From assembly GCA_016180645.1 (NCBI GenBank), contig JACPAV010000003.1:310001-332388 (forward strand): 22,388 bases of DNA, given 5' to 3'. Of this stretch, positions 1 through 9,024 are shown in pieces. A program made the position numbers and the translations under genes. This stretch comes from Nitrospirota bacterium (GTDB lineage Bacteria > JACPQY01). How positions within the stretch are numbered: the stretch's first letter is position 1; each line of letters starts with the position of its first letter. The notes beneath the pieces are model-generated. The model was given only the letters and a program-made list of their open reading frames with translations, was not told where the DNA came from and did no database searches.

Positions 1-88
1 GTGCGGAGACCGCCGCCAATTTCCCCTGAAAACTTCCGATCGGTGTTCTTGCAGACGAGACGATATAAACTTCAGTGTTGGTTGCCAT
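1..88 (-). CDS. Acetyl-CoA C-acetyltransferase (thiolase), 5' fragment running off the window
   Basis: Not in the ORF track. Manual translation from ATG at 88 gives MATNTEVYIVSSARTPIGSFQGKLAAVSA, the typical thiolase N-terminus (V.IV...RTPIG.F.G.L). scoAB lies nearby. Confidence 0.9.
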   Translation of the reverse strand, partial: MATNTEVYIVSSARTPIGSFQGKLAAVSA

Positions 89-94
89 GACTTG

Positions 95-123
95 GGGTTA
101 ACAAATCACCCTCTCGATGTCAA
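95..123 (-). promoter_or_regulatory. Putative sigma70 promoter of the thiolase gene (leaderless)
   Basis: Minus strand reads TTGACA-17 bp-TAACCC, with TG just upstream of the -10. ATG follows 6 nt later and there is no Shine-Dalgarno. The -10 is imperfect. Confidence 0.5.
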
Positions 124-262
124 CCGGATGACCGCCCCCCTTCCACTCCGCTCCAGGGACGATGAGCCGAAGGGTCATAGGGTCTTTGCATCGGCGAACC
201 GGGCCGCGCCGCATTAGGAAAAAACCCTTGAAATAGTTTCTCGGAAGCGTCATGAGGGGCGG

Positions 263-2239
263 ATGAACATCTTGAAATCGTTCTTTCTCCGCCGAGTGCG
301 AGTCTTGCCGGTGCTGGCCGTCTCCCTTCTCGGGAATTCCATCCCGCGGGCTCACGCTTCCGATGCCGCCTGGTTTCAGCTCCAGCCTGATCTCGAAACC
401 CCCAAGTACGATGGCGTGCAATTCTCCGGATCCCACTATCTCACCATGCGCGATGGTGTGAAGATCGCTTACGATCTCTACCTGCCGAAAGGCATCCAAG
501 CCGGAGACCGGGTGCCGGCCCTGCTCTGGCAGACCCGATACCTGAGATCCGTTCAACCCCGTTGGCTCACCCGTCTGATTTTCGGCAACCAGCCCTATGA
601 CCACACCGGCCTCTACGGCAAGATTCGTAATTGGTTCGTCCCCCGAGGCTACGCGTGGATGGACACGGACGTTCGCGGCACCGGGGCTTCCACCGGTCAC
701 GGGATCTGCCCGTATTCCCCGGATGAGATTAAAGACGGGGCGGAAGTCGTCGACTGGATCGTGGCTCAACCCTGGTCGAACGGCCGCGTGGGATCTCTCG
801 GGGTTTCCTATCCGGGGTCCGCATCCGAGATGCTCCTCATCAATCGACATCCGGCGGTCAAAGCCATCGCGCCCCTGTATGCGATGTTCGATGCCTACAC
901 AGACATCGCCTTCCCCGGGGGCATCCACGCCGTGCGTTTCACCGAGGATTGGCACCATGTCAACATCTCGTTGGACCAAAACACCCCGGAAGCCATCGCG
1001 GGTGCCTGGGTCAAGCTCTTCATCACGGGTGTCTCGCCCGCCATGGAAGACCCGGACAAGTCGATGCTCCGACAGGCCCTTCGGGATCACGAGCAAAATT
1101 ACAACATCCATCGCCAGGCTCTTGGAATCACGTTTCGCGACGACGTGTCGCCGGACGACCCGCGTCCCGGAGGAACGGGAACCGAAATTCTGGCCGGCCA
1201 TCCTCTCGATCCTTCCGGCAGCATCGGGTTGTTCAGCCCGCACAACTACAGGCAGGACATCGAGTCCTCCGGCGCCGCGATCTACGGTTACACCGGCTGG
1301 TTCGACGGGGCGTACACGCACTCCGCCATCAAACGCTTCTTGAACGTCCATACTCCGGGCAGCCGGATGATCATCGGTCCGTGGGGACACGGCGGCGGAT
1401 GGCAATTCAACCCCTACACCGGATCACGAAAGACATCCTTCAGCCACAACGCAGAACTGCTCCGATTCTTCGACCGGTATCTGAAGGACACCCCGACCGG
1501 CATCGATGACGAACCTCCGGTGCATTACTTCACCCTGGTGGAAGAGAAGTGGAAGGCGACGGATCGCTGGCCTCCTCCGTCAACTCCTCACGTTCTCTAT
1601 TTCAGGGAGAACCACGCGCTCGTAGAAGAACCGCCCGCAGAGGCCGACGCACACGATGAGTATCGGGTCGATCCCACCCACGGAACCGGGCCGGCGTCCC
1701 GGTTCCGAGTCCAGACCCTTCCGGATGCCCCTGTGGCCTATCCCGATCGCAAGGAGCAAGACCGCAAACTTCTTGTCTACCAGTCCGCGCCGTTGGGTGA
1801 GGACGTGGAAGTGACCGGCCACCCCATTGTTACGCTATACGTTGACTCCACTAAGCCGGACGGTTCTTTCTTTGTGTACTTGGAGGACGTCGATCCAGAG
1901 GGAAATGTAGCCTACGTAACCGAAGGCGAACTTCGTGCCATCCACCGCAAGTTGAGCAGCGGGAAGCCCCCCTATGCGACGGTCGTGCCCTATCGCACAT
2001 TCAAGCGTGCGGACGCCATGCCGCTGGCGCCTGGAGAGGTGGCCGAATTGAAGTTCGACATCCTTCCGACTTCGTATATATTTCAGAAGGGCCACTCCAT
2101 CCGGCTCGCCCTCGCCGGCGCGGACCTCAGTCACTTCGGTCCGCTCCCCGGATCCCCTCCAACCCTCCGGGTGCACCGAAGCACCCGATTTCCGTCCTAC
2201 ATCGAACTCCCGGTTAAGAAGATCGACCCGTTGGATTGA
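263..2239 (+). CDS. CocE/NonD family serine hydrolase (peptidase S15-like), exported
   Basis: Motifs MRDGVKIAYDLYLP, DVRGTGASTG, QPWSNGRVGSLGVSYPG (nucleophile GxSYxG), GWFDG and IGPWGH. C-terminal PepX_C-like region LAPGEVAELKFDILPTSYIFQKGHSIRL. N-terminal signal peptide ending AHA. Confidence 0.93.
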   Translation: MNILKSFFLRRVRVLPVLAVSLLGNSIPRAHASDAAWFQLQPDLETPKYDGVQFSGSHYLTMRDGVKIAYDLYLPKGIQAGDRVPALLWQTRYLRSVQPRWLTRLIFGNQPYDHTGLYGKIRNWFVPRGYAWMDTDVRGTGASTGHGICPYSPDEIKDGAEVVDWIVAQPWSNGRVGSLGVSYPGSASEMLLINRHPAVKAIAPLYAMFDAYTDIAFPGGIHAVRFTEDWHHVNISLDQNTPEAIAGAWVKLFITGVSPAMEDPDKSMLRQALRDHEQNYNIHRQALGITFRDDVSPDDPRPGGTGTEILAGHPLDPSGSIGLFSPHNYRQDIESSGAAIYGYTGWFDGAYTHSAIKRFLNVHTPGSRMIIGPWGHGGGWQFNPYTGSRKTSFSHNAELLRFFDRYLKDTPTGIDDEPPVHYFTLVEEKWKATDRWPPPSTPHVLYFRENHALVEEPPAEADAHDEYRVDPTHGTGPASRFRVQTLPDAPVAYPDRKEQDRKLLVYQSAPLGEDVEVTGHPIVTLYVDSTKPDGSFFVYLEDVDPEGNVAYVTEGELRAIHRKLSSGKPPYATVVPYRTFKRADAMPLAPGEVAELKFDILPTSYIFQKGHSIRLALAGADLSHFGPLPGSPPTLRVHRSTRFPSYIELPVKKIDPLD

Positions 2240-2247
2240 GGTGAACC

Positions 2248-2532
2248 ATGTGGAATCTCAATGACGTCAAACAGATTGAGTACAAATCAGACTATTCTTT
2301 CCTGATCGTTTTTGATGACGGCACCAGTGCTGTCATCGATTTCTCGGGGTACCTGCAACGTGGACCCATTTTTGCCCCACTCAAGGATCGCGACTTCTTC
2401 CGGCAGGCAAGAATCGAAGGCGGCACTATCGCCTGGCCCAACGGGGCGGACATTGCCCCTGAAACCCTGTACGAGAAGTGCGAACAAGTTGCTGCGCTCG
2501 CGGGAAATAGCGCGCCGAAGCGCGCCAAATGA
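2248..2532 (+). CDS. DUF2442 domain protein (putative antitoxin-like)
   Basis: Pattern F.DG...IDF....[11 protein letters not shown]......[18 protein letters not shown] is typical of DUF2442. GAGG RBS upstream. Confidence 0.85.
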   Translation: MWNLNDVKQIEYKSDYSFLIVFDDGTSAVIDFSGYLQRGPIFAPLKDRDFFRQARIEGGTIAWPNGADIAPETLYEKCEQVAALAGNSAPKRAK

Positions 2533-2638
2533 AGCCCGTCCGTAGGCACCGCGGGGACCTCTATCCGTCGAGGATCGATCTGACGGTGGTTTCTCCCACT
2601 TCCAGGCGAAACGTGGAAAAAACCTTGACGGCGGTTAT

Positions 2639-2667
2639 TTGAAAGCCGCGGGCAGTTGGGCTAGGCT
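2639..2667 (+). promoter_or_regulatory. Putative sigma70 promoter of scoAB (near-leaderless)
   Basis: TTGAAA (2639-2644), 17 bp, TAGGCT (2662-2667). ATG at 2677 with no Shine-Dalgarno. Confidence 0.5.
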
Positions 2668-2676
2668 ACGCCCCGC

Positions 2677-3378
2677 ATGAACAAGGTTTACAAGAACGCG
2701 GATGAGGCCATCTTCGACGTCAAGGACGGCGCGACGATCATGGCCGGCGGATTCGGCCTCTGCGGGATCCCCGAGAACCTCATCGAGGCCGTGCGCAAGA
2801 AGGGGATCAAGAACCTCACCTGCATCAGCAATAATGCGGGCGTGGACAATTTTGGGCTGGGCATCCTGCTCGGCACGCGGCAGATCAAGAAAATGGTGTC
2901 GAGCTACGTGGGCGAGAATGAAATATTCGAGAAGCAATATCTGGATGGCTCGCTTCTTTTCGACATCACCCCGCAGGGCACACTTGCCGAGCGGATTCGG
3001 GCCGCCGGCGCGGGGCTGGGCGGGTTCTACTCGCCGACATCCGCCGGAACCGAGCTGGCGAAAGGCAAGGAAACGCGCGTGATCAATGGCAAGACATACG
3101 TTTTCGAGGAGCCGCTCCACGCCGACTTCGCCTTCGTGAAAGCGTGGAAGGGCGACACCTTCGGAAACCTCGTCTATCGGCTGACCGCGCAGAATTTCAA
3201 TCCCCTCATGGCCATGGCCGCCAAGATCACGATCGCGGAGGTGGAGGATCTCGTCGAGCCGGGGCAACTCGATCCGAACTTCATCCACACGCCCGGAATT
3301 TTCGTGAAACGAATTTTCAAGGGCGGGAAATTTGAAAAGCGGATCGAGCGAAGAACCGTGAGGAAACGAGGGGCCTGA
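2677..3378 (+). CDS. scoA: 3-oxoacid CoA-transferase subunit A
   Basis: GGFGLCGIPENLI, ISNNAG, SSYVGEN, PQGTLAERIRA, AQNFNPLMAMA and IHTPGIFV motifs. Confidence 0.93.
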   Translation: MNKVYKNADEAIFDVKDGATIMAGGFGLCGIPENLIEAVRKKGIKNLTCISNNAGVDNFGLGILLGTRQIKKMVSSYVGENEIFEKQYLDGSLLFDITPQGTLAERIRAAGAGLGGFYSPTSAGTELAKGKETRVINGKTYVFEEPLHADFAFVKAWKGDTFGNLVYRLTAQNFNPLMAMAAKITIAEVEDLVEPGQLDPNFIHTPGIFVKRIFKGGKFEKRIERRTVRKRGA

Positions 3379-4034
3379 TGGCGATGACGCGCGACCAGAT
3401 GGCCAAGAGGGCCGGGATGGAACTTCAGAACGGGATGTACGTGAACCTCGGCATCGGCATGCCGACGCTCGTTTCAAACTACATTCCTGCCGGCGTGACC
3501 GTGTTTCTCCATTCTGAAAACGGCCTACTCGGCATCGGCCCCTACCCCTATGAGGGCGACGAAGATGCGGATCTGATCAATGCCGGGAAGGAAACCGTGA
3601 CGATGCTTCCCGGTTCCGCGATCTGCGATCACGCGACAAGTTTTGCCATGATCCGCGGCGGCCACATCGACATGTGCATCCTGGGCGCGCTCGAAATCTC
3701 GGAGAAAGGCGACATCGCCAACTGGATGGTCCCCGGCAGCATGGTCAAGGGTCCCGGCGGTTCGATGGACCTTCTCTCGGGCGCCAAGAAAGTCATCGCG
3801 CTCATGACGCATGCCACGAAAGACGGGAAACCGAAAATTCTGAAAGCCTGCAAGCTCCCCCTCGGCGGCCGAGAATCGGTGGACATGATTATCACGGATC
3901 TCTGCGTCATGGAGATCACGGATTCCGGGCTCGTGCTCAAGGAGACTGCCCCCGGCGTAACGGTCGATCAGATTAAGAAGGCCACCGAACCCCCGTTCAA
4001 GACCGCGCCGGACCTGACAGAAATTCGGCTGTAG
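3378..4034 (+). CDS. scoB: 3-oxoacid CoA-transferase subunit B
   Basis: YVNLGIGMPT, catalytic SENG, DLINAGKETVT and SFAMIRGGH. TGATG overlap with scoA. Confidence 0.93.
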   Translation: MAMTRDQMAKRAGMELQNGMYVNLGIGMPTLVSNYIPAGVTVFLHSENGLLGIGPYPYEGDEDADLINAGKETVTMLPGSAICDHATSFAMIRGGHIDMCILGALEISEKGDIANWMVPGSMVKGPGGSMDLLSGAKKVIALMTHATKDGKPKILKACKLPLGGRESVDMIITDLCVMEITDSGLVLKETAPGVTVDQIKKATEPPFKTAPDLTEIRL

Positions 4035-4184
4035 CGAGCGTTTCGGAAATCTCCTTGGGGTGCCGGTGGCCGCACCTGTGCCAATTCGAAACTTGATTTC
4101 CAGCCTTCAACCTTCCGAGGCGTCAACTGTCATGAGGACCCCGGAGGCGCGCAGATGCCGGAGACGGACGAATCTGGACGCAGA

Positions 4185-4556
4185 TCAGGTACCGCGAACG
4201 ATGGTACAAACCTTTCCAAACAGGAACAGGATGTTCATGACTTCTCGGTCGACTGAGATGACCTGAGTGATTTCGCCGTCTTCCATCGCTTCACGGACAC
4301 CGCCGTCACCGATCGCCACGAGGCCGAAAATATTCATCGTGCAGGCCGATCCTCTCTTCATCTTGCCGGCGGCCGAGCCGTTGGTGGCCACCACGGGTTC
4401 CGTGTAGATGGAGACCGCAGCAACACCTGTCGGGGTAAACATCCCTGTTGTTGCCACGCAGCCCGAGAAAGCTCCCGTCAGTAGCGTTACCAGCATGGCC
4501 CCAAATGCGATTCTCCGCGCCGCGCCAATACGAGAATGCCTGCCGTACACATTCAT
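4185..4556 (-). CDS. TRL-like family lipoprotein
   Basis: Likely start ATG 4556 with AAGGAGG upstream. Lipobox FSGC. G.AC..NIFGLVAIGD......A...GEITQV.SVD......L.LFGKVCTIVRG matches the TRL-like pattern. Confidence 0.78.
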   Translation of the reverse strand: MNVYGRHSRIGAARRIAFGAMLVTLLTGAFSGCVATTGMFTPTGVAAVSIYTEPVVATNGSAAGKMKRGSACTMNIFGLVAIGDGGVREAMEDGEITQVISVDREVMNILFLFGKVCTIVRGT

Positions 4557-4716
4557 TTTCGCCTCCTTCAGCACTTGGCTGGTTGCATGCCGACTGCTCG
4601 TAATTTGGGATATAGACCCATTGGAGGCACTTATATTAGACTATATGATGTATTGTCAAGAACATTCTGGCATTTACTCTATTGTTCCCAGCCTTGCTTA
4701 GCTTATTTTCTGTGCC

Positions 4717-5058
4717 ATGCGAAACGCAGGCACATTCTTGCAACAGGTTGGAAGGCGCATCCGGGAACTCCGAAAACGGAGGAAGTTGAGCCAGGAGAAG
4801 TTGGCGGAGTTGGCCGGGATACATCCCACCCACATGAATCGAATCGAGGCCGGAAGAATCAACATGACCGCGGCCGTTCTCCAGGGGATCGGGAAATCGC
4901 TGGGTGTTTCAGTTGCGGAGCTGGTTGACGTTGGAGCGGAGCAGGGGGCCGCGGAGGACGACCGGATTCAAAGCTTAGCGAGACGGATCAAGCAGTTGAA
5001 AACGGAGCGGAAGAAGATCGTATACGACGTTCTCGAAGTGCTGGTACGAACCGGATAG
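4717..5058 (+). CDS. XRE-family helix-turn-helix transcriptional regulator
   Basis: GRRIRELRKRRKLSQEKLAELAGIHPTHMNRIEAG..N HTH_3 signature. Divergent from the TRL-like gene across an AT-rich spacer. Confidence 0.9.
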   Translation: MRNAGTFLQQVGRRIRELRKRRKLSQEKLAELAGIHPTHMNRIEAGRINMTAAVLQGIGKSLGVSVAELVDVGAEQGAAEDDRIQSLARRIKQLKTERKKIVYDVLEVLVRTG

Positions 5059-5140
5059 TCACCGAGAGTTTCCCACCCCACCCCCCCCTTGCCGGTAGGG
5101 TTTGAGGGCGTTCAATCCGCAATCGAAGGCGGGGGGGGCT

Positions 5141-5389
5141 TCAATACTCGTCCACGTGTTCGGAGACGATGATCTTGAGCATCGTCTGATAACCGATACC
5201 CCGCCTTTGCCCCTTCACCCGCAATTTCTTGATGATGGCCGGGTCGAGGAGAATAGAGGTTGGCATCCGACGAGATTTGGGGCGAACGACCGCGGCCGAT
5301 CCGGAGGAAGCGATATTCCTGCCCAGGTCCCGCCGCTCAAACTCGCGAACCTGCGCGTCGTTCGAAGTTCGACTCGATGCTTGTCTCAT
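5141..5389 (-). CDS. brnA: BrnA/CopG-like ribbon-helix-helix antitoxin
   Basis: C-terminal TSILLDP.II.KLR......GIGYQTMLKIIV RHH motif. Overlaps the 3' end of brnT. Confidence 0.75.
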   Translation of the reverse strand: MRQASSRTSNDAQVREFERRDLGRNIASSGSAAVVRPKSRRMPTSILLDPAIIKKLRVKGQRRGIGYQTMLKIIVSEHVDEY

Positions 5390-5708
5390 AAAGCCTCCTT
5401 TCGTTCCTTCGCATGGGCCTGCACGAAATCGGCCGGAGTTTGTTCTCGCGCCGGGTGAAGATCAACGCCAGCCGCCGGCCGGAATCCGTTTGACCGAGCA
5501 CCAGCCCGCGCCATTCCGCATGAGTCGGATCAACAATCTTCCCGGCGAACAGGTACGCCTCCTGTCTGAAAATGGACTCGATTTCTTCCGACGTCACCCC
5601 ATGTTTCAGGTTTTTCATTCGATTGCCTTCGTCCCAATCGACCTCCCCCGGCATCCCCGCAAGATCTTCCAGCCAGCGGGCCGCCTCACCGTCCGGCTCA
5701 AACTTCAC
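5337..5708 (-). CDS. brnT: BrnT family ribonuclease toxin (DUF497)
   Basis: WDEGNRMKNLKHGVT.EE.E.IF, E.R....G, FT.R....RPISCR.M...ERRLYE. GTG start. Confidence 0.88.
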   Translation of the reverse strand: MKFEPDGEAARWLEDLAGMPGEVDWDEGNRMKNLKHGVTSEEIESIFRQEAYLFAGKIVDPTHAEWRGLVLGQTDSGRRLALIFTRRENKLRPISCRPMRRNERRLYETSIESNFERRAGSRV

Positions 5709-5714
5709 CGGGTA

Positions 5715-5743
5715 AGTATAGCTATTAAATAGCTATGCGTCAA
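5715..5743 (-). promoter_or_regulatory. sigma70 promoter of brnTA with overlapping palindromic operator
   Basis: Minus strand reads TTGACG-17 bp-TATACT, then GTG 6 nt later. Two ATAGCTAT palindromes (5718-5725 and 5729-5736) span the spacer and -10. Confidence 0.75.
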
Positions 5744-5842
5744 CTTGCGCCTTCGCAACCTCGATCCGTACCCAAGGCATTTGGGAACAAGGGATTGAGA
5801 TACGATCGAGCGGAGGCGAGGAGCCGAGAGGCAGACGCGGTC

Positions 5843-5943
5843 AAGCTCTCAGCCGTCAGCTTTCAGCCATCAGGCGGAAAAGAGCCTTGCCCAAAAGGTT
5901 TCAATCTTGAAGCTGAACGCTGACTGCTGATCGCTGAAAGCTT
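5843..5943. repeat. Inverted heptamer tandem-repeat element (TCAGCNN)n...(GCTGANN)n
   Basis: aagctctcagccgtcagctttcagccatcag (5843-5873) faces agctgaacgctgactgctgatcgctgaaagctt (5911-5943). It sits directly downstream of the phosphodiesterase stop. Confidence 0.75.
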
Positions 5944-5945
5944 TC

Positions 5946-6710
5946 CTAGAACTTCAGCGTCTGACCCTGCCCCATGATGCTGAGCGTCGGAATCTGAAGA
6001 TCGTTCAATTCCCGCTCCATCTCGGGGAGGTTGGGGGACTTGATGTGGGTGATGAGGTGCTTCACGTCCGACCGGGCCAGTTTCTCCAACTCTTTCCCGG
6101 CCATGGAAGGGGTGAGATGACCGCTGATCCGCGCCAGCTCGGCCATCTTGTTCGGGAATGAAGATTCAAGGATGACGGCTTTCAAGTGTTTCTCCTTGGC
6201 GAGTCCCGTCCAAACGTTGGTCAGCGGGCCCGTGTCGCCTGAGAAGAAGAATGAAGATTTCCCGTTCGAAACCAGAAACCCCACGGCCGCGATGGTGTGA
6301 TTCACCTCGAACGCGGTCACGGTCAGATCGCCGAACTTGGTGGGTTCCTCCACGTGGATGGGCTTCAACATCATGATGGGCTTCTCGATGCTCGGGATGA
6401 TGGTGAAATCGGGCCAGATGGCGTTGTTCAGCAGGTGCGCCTTGAGTTCATGGAGCACTTGCGGAATCGAAACGACCACCAGCGGCTTGGTCCTTCGGCC
6501 GATCAGGTTGTCGGCCAAAAGCGACAGATCCCGAACGTGATCGAGGTGGGGGTGCGAGATGAACACGTAGTCCACGCCCATCTGCTGCTCCAGCGTGAGC
6601 ACGGAGGTCACCGTGCCGGCATCCACCAGCGCGGAGTTGTTCACCAGATAGCCCGTCAGCCGGTAGCCGGGAAGCTCCGAGCCGTAGCAGCCGAGGGCTT
6701 TGAGATCCAT
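5946..6710 (-). CDS. 3',5'-cyclic-nucleotide phosphodiesterase, class II / metallo-beta-lactamase fold
   Basis: Real start is probably ATG 6710 (MDLKALGCYGSELPG). Motifs LVDAG, SHPHLDH (HxHxDH), NNAIWPDF, VNH, FSGDTGP, ESSFPN, SGHLTP and THIK. Directly downstream of the cyclase. Confidence 0.88.
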   Translation of the reverse strand: MDLKALGCYGSELPGYRLTGYLVNNSALVDAGTVTSVLTLEQQMGVDYVFISHPHLDHVRDLSLLADNLIGRRTKPLVVVSIPQVLHELKAHLLNNAIWPDFTIIPSIEKPIMMLKPIHVEEPTKFGDLTVTAFEVNHTIAAVGFLVSNGKSSFFFSGDTGPLTNVWTGLAKEKHLKAVILESSFPNKMAELARISGHLTPSMAGKELEKLARSDVKHLITHIKSPNLPEMERELNDLQIPTLSIMGQGQTLKF

Positions 6711-6721
6711 TCGAGGTTCGC

Positions 6722-8959
6722 CTATTTCGTGGTGAACACGTAAACGCCGTCCCAGGGGTCCGGCGGCGGCTGTTTCATGAGATCCTGGGATCTCTGGATA
6801 TAGATGGTGGACGGCTTGTCCTCCGGCCGGTCTTTCAGGACCCGCTCGAAGGACTTGATCGCGTCTTCGAACTGTTGGGCGCGGTAGAGACCCAGAGCCT
6901 TCTGGAACTCCCCGATGAAGTCGAAGGTATGGGTCGCCCCGTCCTTCTTGCTCAGGAGTTCGTAGATCCGAATGGGTTCTTTTTTGCCTTTCACCCTCAC
7001 GAAGTCGAGTTCCCGGTAGATGTAGTTGTCCTTCACCTGGGCGTAGGTCGATTCGCTGATGATGATCTGCGTGCCGTAATTCTTGTTCGTTCCTTCCAGG
7101 CGGGACCCGAGGTTCACGGCGTCGCCCATCACGGTGTAATTGAACCGCGTGTTCGATCCCATGTTTCCCACGCTCATCGGTCCCGTGTTTAACCCGATTC
7201 CGATGTTGATCTTCGGCAGGCCTTCCTTCTCCCACTGCGCCTGGAGTTCCCGGAGCTTCTGCAACATTTCGAGTGCGGTATCGCAGGCCTTCGCCGCATG
7301 GTCGGGATAGTGGATCGGAGCTCCGTAGAAGGCCATGATCGCGTCGCCCATGTATTTGTCCAGCGTGCCGGAATGTTTGAACAGGATGTCCGTCATGGGC
7401 GAGAGGTAGACGTTCAAGAGGTGCACGAGGGCCTCTGGAGTGAGTTTCTCCGAGATGCTGGTGAAATCCCGCACGTCTGAGAACAGCACCGTCATCTCCA
7501 AGCGTTCGCCGCCCAATTTCAGCATGTCCGGGTTCTCGGTCACTTTGCTGACGACCGCCGGATCGAGATACGATTGGAAGGCGCCCTTGATCTTCTTCTT
7601 TTCCTTCTCTTCGCTGACGTACCGGTAGACGGTGACGCCGAGGAAGACGATGACCATGCAGCCCATCGGGTAGGCCATGGAGATCCAGTAGCCTTGGCGG
7701 ATGAAGACCTGGACGATGGCGATGTAGTAGGCCGTCAGAAGCGGAATCAGGATGACGAAGCCCCAGACGGCGGAGAGTCGCACGAGGATATTTCCGAGCA
7801 CGAGGCCCGCGAGGACGATCACGCCCATGTCCATCAGGCGGTACCAGTGCGGCCGTTTCAAGTAATCGTTGTGAAGAATGTTGGAGATGACGTTGAGGTG
7901 GACCTCCGTGCCGGGGAATTTTTCGTCCAAGGGCGTCACGCGCAAGTCGTACAGACCGGTGGCCGTGGCGCCGACGATGACGGCCTTGCCTTCCACGTCC
8001 TCGCGCTTGACGCGATCCGCCACGATATCGGCGATGCTCATGTGATCGAAACTCTCCGCTTTGCCGACGTAGTTGATGAGCATGCGGCCCTCGGGGTCGA
8101 CGGGGATCGTGTGCAGGGGCTCCAGCGTCCCTTTCTTATAGAGGTGCACCTTCGCCAGACCCGACTCGTCCATCTCAAGTCCGAGCGTGGCATCCATGAG
8201 CACACCCGCCATCTGGAGTCCCAGCGAGGGATAGTATTCGTCCCCCGCCCGCGCCACGAGGGTGTACCAGCGGAGCTTCCCGTCCTCAATGTCGTTGTCC
8301 ATGTTGAAATGGCCGAAGAAGCGTGAGTTCTGAGAAAACAACTTGAGATTGGGAACCACGCCCTCGTAGGCGATTCCGGACTGTTTGGGTGAGCCTTGTT
8401 TGACGAGAAGCGTGGGGATGCGCGAGGCGGCCATCATGTCGAGGCTTTCTTTGAACTCGGCGGGATCCTGCGGAGATTCGGCGTCGAAGAAGTAGCCGAG
8501 CACGACGTTTTCGTATTTCTTCAGAGTGTCGGCCAGGATCACGTCGCGGTCCGCTTCCTTGGCTTTTCGGATCAGGAAGGGATCGGAAAAATACGGAACG
8601 AATTCATCGAGGATTTTGCTGGACGAATCGCGCTCGGCCCAGATCATGTCGAGCCCGATGACTTTTGCCCCGAGGGCTTCGAGTTTGTCGATCACCTGGG
8701 CCATCTTGTTCCGCGGCCAGGGGAAACGACCGATCTCTTTCAAGCTCTGTTCGTCGATAGCTGCGAGAACGGCCTCGTGGCCCACATCCACTTTCTTGCG
8801 CTGCTTGAGCCGCGTGTCGTAGGTGAGGAGTTCGAGCCTTTCGAAGAGGCCGACCTGGAAGATGTAAGCGATCAAGATCCCCAGGGTGATCATGAAGCTG
8901 ACCCTGAAACCGGTGAGCTTCAAGACGTGCGCTTTGGCGAAATCAACCAATTTCTTCAT
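6722..8959 (-). CDS. CHASE2-domain membrane adenylate cyclase (class III) with C-terminal TPR-like tail
   Basis: N-terminal TM, CHASE2 (IDEQSL...GRFPWPR, IVGATA.GLYDLRVTP, PGTEVH) and 3 TMs. Catalytic domain FSDVRDFT, DKYMGDAIM (ATP-specifying Lys), NYTVMGDAVNLGSRLE and VKGK. Confidence 0.93.
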   Translation of the reverse strand: MKKLVDFAKAHVLKLTGFRVSFMITLGILIAYIFQVGLFERLELLTYDTRLKQRKKVDVGHEAVLAAIDEQSLKEIGRFPWPRNKMAQVIDKLEALGAKVIGLDMIWAERDSSSKILDEFVPYFSDPFLIRKAKEADRDVILADTLKKYENVVLGYFFDAESPQDPAEFKESLDMMAASRIPTLLVKQGSPKQSGIAYEGVVPNLKLFSQNSRFFGHFNMDNDIEDGKLRWYTLVARAGDEYYPSLGLQMAGVLMDATLGLEMDESGLAKVHLYKKGTLEPLHTIPVDPEGRMLINYVGKAESFDHMSIADIVADRVKREDVEGKAVIVGATATGLYDLRVTPLDEKFPGTEVHLNVISNILHNDYLKRPHWYRLMDMGVIVLAGLVLGNILVRLSAVWGFVILIPLLTAYYIAIVQVFIRQGYWISMAYPMGCMVIVFLGVTVYRYVSEEKEKKKIKGAFQSYLDPAVVSKVTENPDMLKLGGERLEMTVLFSDVRDFTSISEKLTPEALVHLLNVYLSPMTDILFKHSGTLDKYMGDAIMAFYGAPIHYPDHAAKACDTALEMLQKLRELQAQWEKEGLPKINIGIGLNTGPMSVGNMGSNTRFNYTVMGDAVNLGSRLEGTNKNYGTQIIISESTYAQVKDNYIYRELDFVRVKGKKEPIRIYELLSKKDGATHTFDFIGEFQKALGLYRAQQFEDAIKSFERVLKDRPEDKPSTIYIQRSQDLMKQPPPDPWDGVYVFTTK

Positions 8960-8968
8960 TAATCGGCC

Positions 8969-8997
8969 ATTTTATAGGACCCCTGTTTTTTTGTAAA
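8969..8997 (-). promoter_or_regulatory. sigma70 promoter of the cyclase-phosphodiesterase operon
   Basis: Minus strand reads TTTACA (8997-8992), 17 bp, TAAAAT (8974-8969). ATG at 8959 with no Shine-Dalgarno. Confidence 0.7.
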
Positions 8998-9024
8998 TGG
9001 CATGTAAACACCTGAGAAATCGCA

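Noticed and set aside
5075-5140. C-run/G-run hairpin between the XRE gene and brnA as a terminator or phase-variable tract
   Set aside because: It has a long irregular loop, no clear U-tract and is intergenic. Support is too weak.
6711-7235. N-terminal extension of the 429-aa ORF 5946-7235
   Set aside because: It overlaps the cyclase in another frame. The phosphodiesterase-like sequence begins at ATG 6710.
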